From: Centroscyllium fabricii
Lineage: Eukaryota
Length of the DNA: 64,000 bases
NCBI GenBank assembly: GCA_051313645.2
Contig: JBNRSN020000009.1
Span: 97,154,001-97,218,000 of the forward strand
Reading direction: 5' to 3'
Shown one piece after another: positions 60,376-64,000 of this stretch. A program made the translations under genes and the position numbers. Positions within the stretch are counted from its first letter, which is position 1, and each line of letters begins with the position of its first letter. Below the pieces are notes generated by a model. The model did no database searches. It was not told where the DNA came from and saw only the letters and a list, made by a program, of their open reading frames with translations.

Positions 60376-62270
60376 GCATTCTTTTTATACTGGTAAGCAC
60401 TTTCTAGTATCTTTTACAGATAACATAAATACTGCACTATGTTAAACCATGCTTTTAAACTACCCTGTTAAACTCCGACACAAATAACCAGATGGAAACC
60501 CCAATCAATAACAGAATGCCATCAGCAGGATTAAAATGCTAAATGCAGCCTGTTTGTGAACATTTGGTGCACATTTAGGAAAATTAACACCACAAATAAT
60601 AAGTGGATTAGCTAGTAAGAATAAGTCATATCAAGTGACAGTAGTACTATAAGTTGGATTAATCTTCTCTGCTGTTATCCAAGGCAAACTCTTTAATATT
60701 TTTTCTTATTGGACTGGGATTGGATTCTGAAGACTATTAACACCAGTTTCAACAGGGTTGGAGTCAAACTCCATTTTAGAATTAAATTTACACTTTCAGA
60801 ACTGGGATTTCTTATGCGTCATCACTTTTATCTGCACTAAAACACAAGTGATTTAGAATGATCTGTTATTTTCACATTTACATCTAGAAATTATTGGAAT
60901 GGACATTTAATTATCCTAAAAATAATTGTATTTCAACACTTTTTTCACATGCGTAACAATGGTGCAGATTGTAAGCATGTGCACTGTTACAGCAACTCGT
61001 TATGACATTTTGATTTGTAAGGACCTCCAGCAGCTGTTCTGCTCAATGCTACAAAGTAAAACTCATCCAAAAGTTACACATTTGACAGTTGACTAGAATG
61101 TGGTCAACAATAATTGCAGTTCCAGAATGCAATACAGCAAAAATTTGATATAGCAAAGCAAACATGGATGTTTTAGTTGGGTGTAACATGCAATTTTTTT
61201 CTTGCAGAGTATGGATTTAAAGTAAACATCTGTTCACCAGAACCACAATAGAGTGCATTCATTTTCGATCCAAAATTAAATTAACAAGTTTTGGAAACAA
61301 TCTTTTACAGTTTGGAAAATGTAGGCTAACCTTTCCAAGGTTTCCAAAACTCTTTCATTCCAGCTAAATTGAGGTTGATTAAGTTACCATTCTAAAGAAG
61401 GCAAAATTTCCTGACTTTAAGAATCTCTCATTTGGCAGCAGTAGCAGAAATTCCACAATGAAACAGTGCACAATGTCCAGGCCCCTACTGACAGAATCAC
61501 AGACCATTCCTAACTCTATGGATTCTAGTTCACCATTGCTGGGACCCATTTCATTTGCATGCATGACCTTCTGCATTTGTATGGGGCAAGTAAGTATTTG
61601 CCACTTGCAGCGTCACATGCAGCAATTTTGATGTGGAATGGGTGGGATAATTAAGATATAACAGCTGTTGCCCTGCTTATTGGCTATGTTTGGCATTTGT
61701 GCCAAATAAAACTGGATGCAAGTGTTATCACCTCTGCAGACAAATGCAAGAGATATTCCTGTGGTAGTTCTTTCTTTAAATAAATGGATTTATTTAGCAC
61801 CTTATCACCTCTCTCAGAAATATCTCAAAGCACTTTGCACACAATTACTTCAAAGTGTCATAACTGCTGTGATGCAGACAAACAAATCAACCATTTTGTG
61901 CACAGCAAGATGCAAAAAGACGAATGATCAGTTAATCTGTTTTGGCACTACTTAAGAGAGGAATATTAGCCAGGACACTGGGAGAACTGTTCTTATTTGA
62001 ATGGTACAGGTACTATGGAATCTTTAACATCTACTTGAACCACCAGAACCAGCAAAACTTTGGTTTGAGATCTAATTTGAAGAATGTTACCTCAGGCAAT
62101 GGAGCACTCCCCCAATACTGCACTGGAGTGCCAGCCTTGAAGTGCTCAAGTCTCAGAGTGGGGCCTGAACTCATAATCTTCTGATGTGGAGGTGCCGGTG
62201 TTGGACTGGGGTGGACAAATGCAAGAAGTCACACAACACCAGGTTATAGTCCAACGGTTTTATTTGAAAT

Positions 62271-62305
62271 CACAAGCTTTCGGAGCGCTGCTCCTTCCTC
62301 AGGCG
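62271..62305 (-). ncRNA. Minimal type I hammerhead ribozyme motif
   Basis: rc = CGC CUGAGGA A GGAGC agc GCUCC GAAA GCUU GUG. Confidence 0.7.
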
Positions 62306-62323
62306 AAAGAGTAACTTCTCTTT

Positions 62324-62358
62324 CACCTGACGAAGGAGCATCGCTCCGAAAGCTTGTG
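62324..62358 (+). ncRNA. Minimal type I hammerhead ribozyme motif
   Basis: CAC CUGACGA A GGAGC auc GCUCC GAAA GCUU GUG. Confidence 0.8.
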
Positions 62359-63967
62359 ATTTCAAATAAAACTATTGGACTATAACCTGGTGTTGTGTGA
62401 CTTCTCATAATCTTCCGACTGAGGCACAATAATGCTACGAACTAAGCCTGGCAGGCACTTTATTGTTCAAAAGAGTGACTTAAATTATTTAGAAACTTAT
62501 AGCTTCCTGAAATCAGTCACCATCTGTGATTTATTTTATTTTAAAGAAATACGGTGAAAATTCCAACTGCACTGTTGTGACTTGCCATGACCCTGTCCCA
62601 GGGATAAGACCATTTAAATACTAGGGCCAGGCACTACTGGGACACCTACCACATGGACTCAGCAGGATTTCAGAGCAGAAACATGCCACACTGTCAGGGG
62701 GAAACACGCTGGTCCGCTGCATGAAGACCGTTGCTACTTCCTCGCTGGTACACCCATGTTCAAATTGCAATTAATCATTCTGGAATCGATTCTCATTTGA
62801 ATATGGTCTTGTGGGAATCACACACAAACGCGTGTACGATAAGTACACCTGCTTCATGCATGCATGCATACTTACCACTGGGTATATATGAGGCATAACT
62901 GCCGGATTTCCAGGGAAAACTAGGATCCAACCAGGGACACCACAAAAAGAATACTAGGATGAGGTGATGGGTAGAAGAAGCGCCCACTCCCTTCATTGGA
63001 AGTTCTTGGTGCAATGAGTAATGGGTGGAAACCTGGCAAAAACAAGTTCCACCCCAATTGCTTCACTCCAAGTCTGCTGGATTTCTGTCCCATTAAAGAC
63101 TGGACATCCTATGCTACAATGTTTAACAATGAAAATGGTTTGACAGAGTATTAACACCTGATTTAATTTGGCCTCAACTCATTTGTGATGTTTTCCTTTG
63201 GGTGGGCGGAATAGAGTGCTGACACCAGGCCACCTTCAAATCACAATACAAACTTCTTAGCACCAATGTTCTGAGAGTGAAAGAATTAGTCATGATTGAA
63301 ATAGTACTTCAGTTCCAGTGCTATGCACAAATGTCAACTGTCCACAGAATAACTTAGTGCTGGCACCCCATAGGAAACTGGTTGCATAGCATTTGCAGTG
63401 CCTGAATAATGATGAAGCTATGATGGTGTGATATCAAGCACTAGAAAGCTGCCTCCCCACCAAATTGTTGCAGGATAGAGTCGAGGGTTGCTTGTCACTC
63501 AAACCAGCCTGTTTGTGTCAATTCCCATGCTGGCCACTAGAAGGCATGTCTTGTCAGAACAAAATGTTCCCACTCAGCAGGGATTCGGAAAGCAGTCCTC
63601 CAGCCCCAGGCTGGCAATCAATGAGTAGCACAGAAAATGGCATGGGGTAATTTGTATTGCAGATCATTATTCTGGCTGAAAATGACTGTGGCGATGAACT
63701 ATTTTCCATAAAGTGGTATACAGTGCAAACACATTCATATACCTTTAACACCATGATTAGAAAAAGGGAGAACTGCTCATAGCTAGTTGATAATTGGTTC
63801 CCATTATGTGTACTTGTACAAAGATGAAATAATTGGGCTTGCATTACTGCAATACAAAAGTAAATTTCACGGGCAATTCTATGCTTAGTAAAAATCCCAA
63901 TCAAATTTCAAACTTCCCCATTCCTTTTTTCCACAAGCAAGAGTAAACAAATTTTTGACAAATTTTT

Positions 63968-64000
63968 CAGTCTTGACAAAGGGTCCCGACCCGAAACGTT
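63968..64000 (+). ncRNA. Decayed hammerhead-like motif of another PLE end (cut by window edge)
   Basis: uUGACaA A GGGUC cc GACCC GAAA CGUU; core has substitutions. Confidence 0.45.

Larger units (their letters stand above)
62182..62404 (-). mobile_element. Fold-back PLE mini-element, copy 4
   Basis: Inverted arms around gaaagag-taactt-ctctttc; TSD ctcataatcttc(t/c)ga (62170-62184, 62404-62418). Confidence 0.9.
61785..62450 (-). mobile_element. DeuSINE (SacSINE-like), interrupted by PLE copy 4
   Basis: ccattttgtgcacagcaagat, gcactccc..tactgcactggagtg, tRNA-like head near 62410-62450. Confidence 0.65.

Noticed and set aside
61379-61600. Possible exon (open frames on both strands, gtaagt at ~61590)
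   Set aside because: No convincing acceptor and no recognisable protein similarity.

Overview
This is vertebrate nuclear DNA, most likely from an elasmobranch (shark or ray), inferred from its repeat families. No intact host protein-coding gene can be supported. The window is mostly nested transposons: five PIF/Harbinger relics, pogo/Tigger-like and Harbinger-like MITEs, CR1, Rex1/Babar and RTE LINE fragments, old SINEs, two solo LTRs and one near-intact CsRn1-clade Gypsy element (55989-60375). Four observations stand out. (1) There are four short fold-back Penelope-derived insertions, each with its own 10-15 bp TSD and a minimal type I hammerhead ribozyme on both strands. (2) A ~3.1 kb inversion (16344-19467) can be reconstructed from a split LINE and a split Harbinger whose TIRs and TSD rejoin when it is flipped. 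(3) A long stretch (~21.3-45 kb), TE-poor at both ends and strand-biased, looks like a very long minus-strand 3' UTR or lncRNA. (4) Inside it lies a 1.9 kb two-position 12-mer satellite whose minus strand is an array of ACUAAC/CUGAC (QKI/branch-point-type) motifs. All calls were made by eye. Repeat family names come from recalled consensus features, not database searches.
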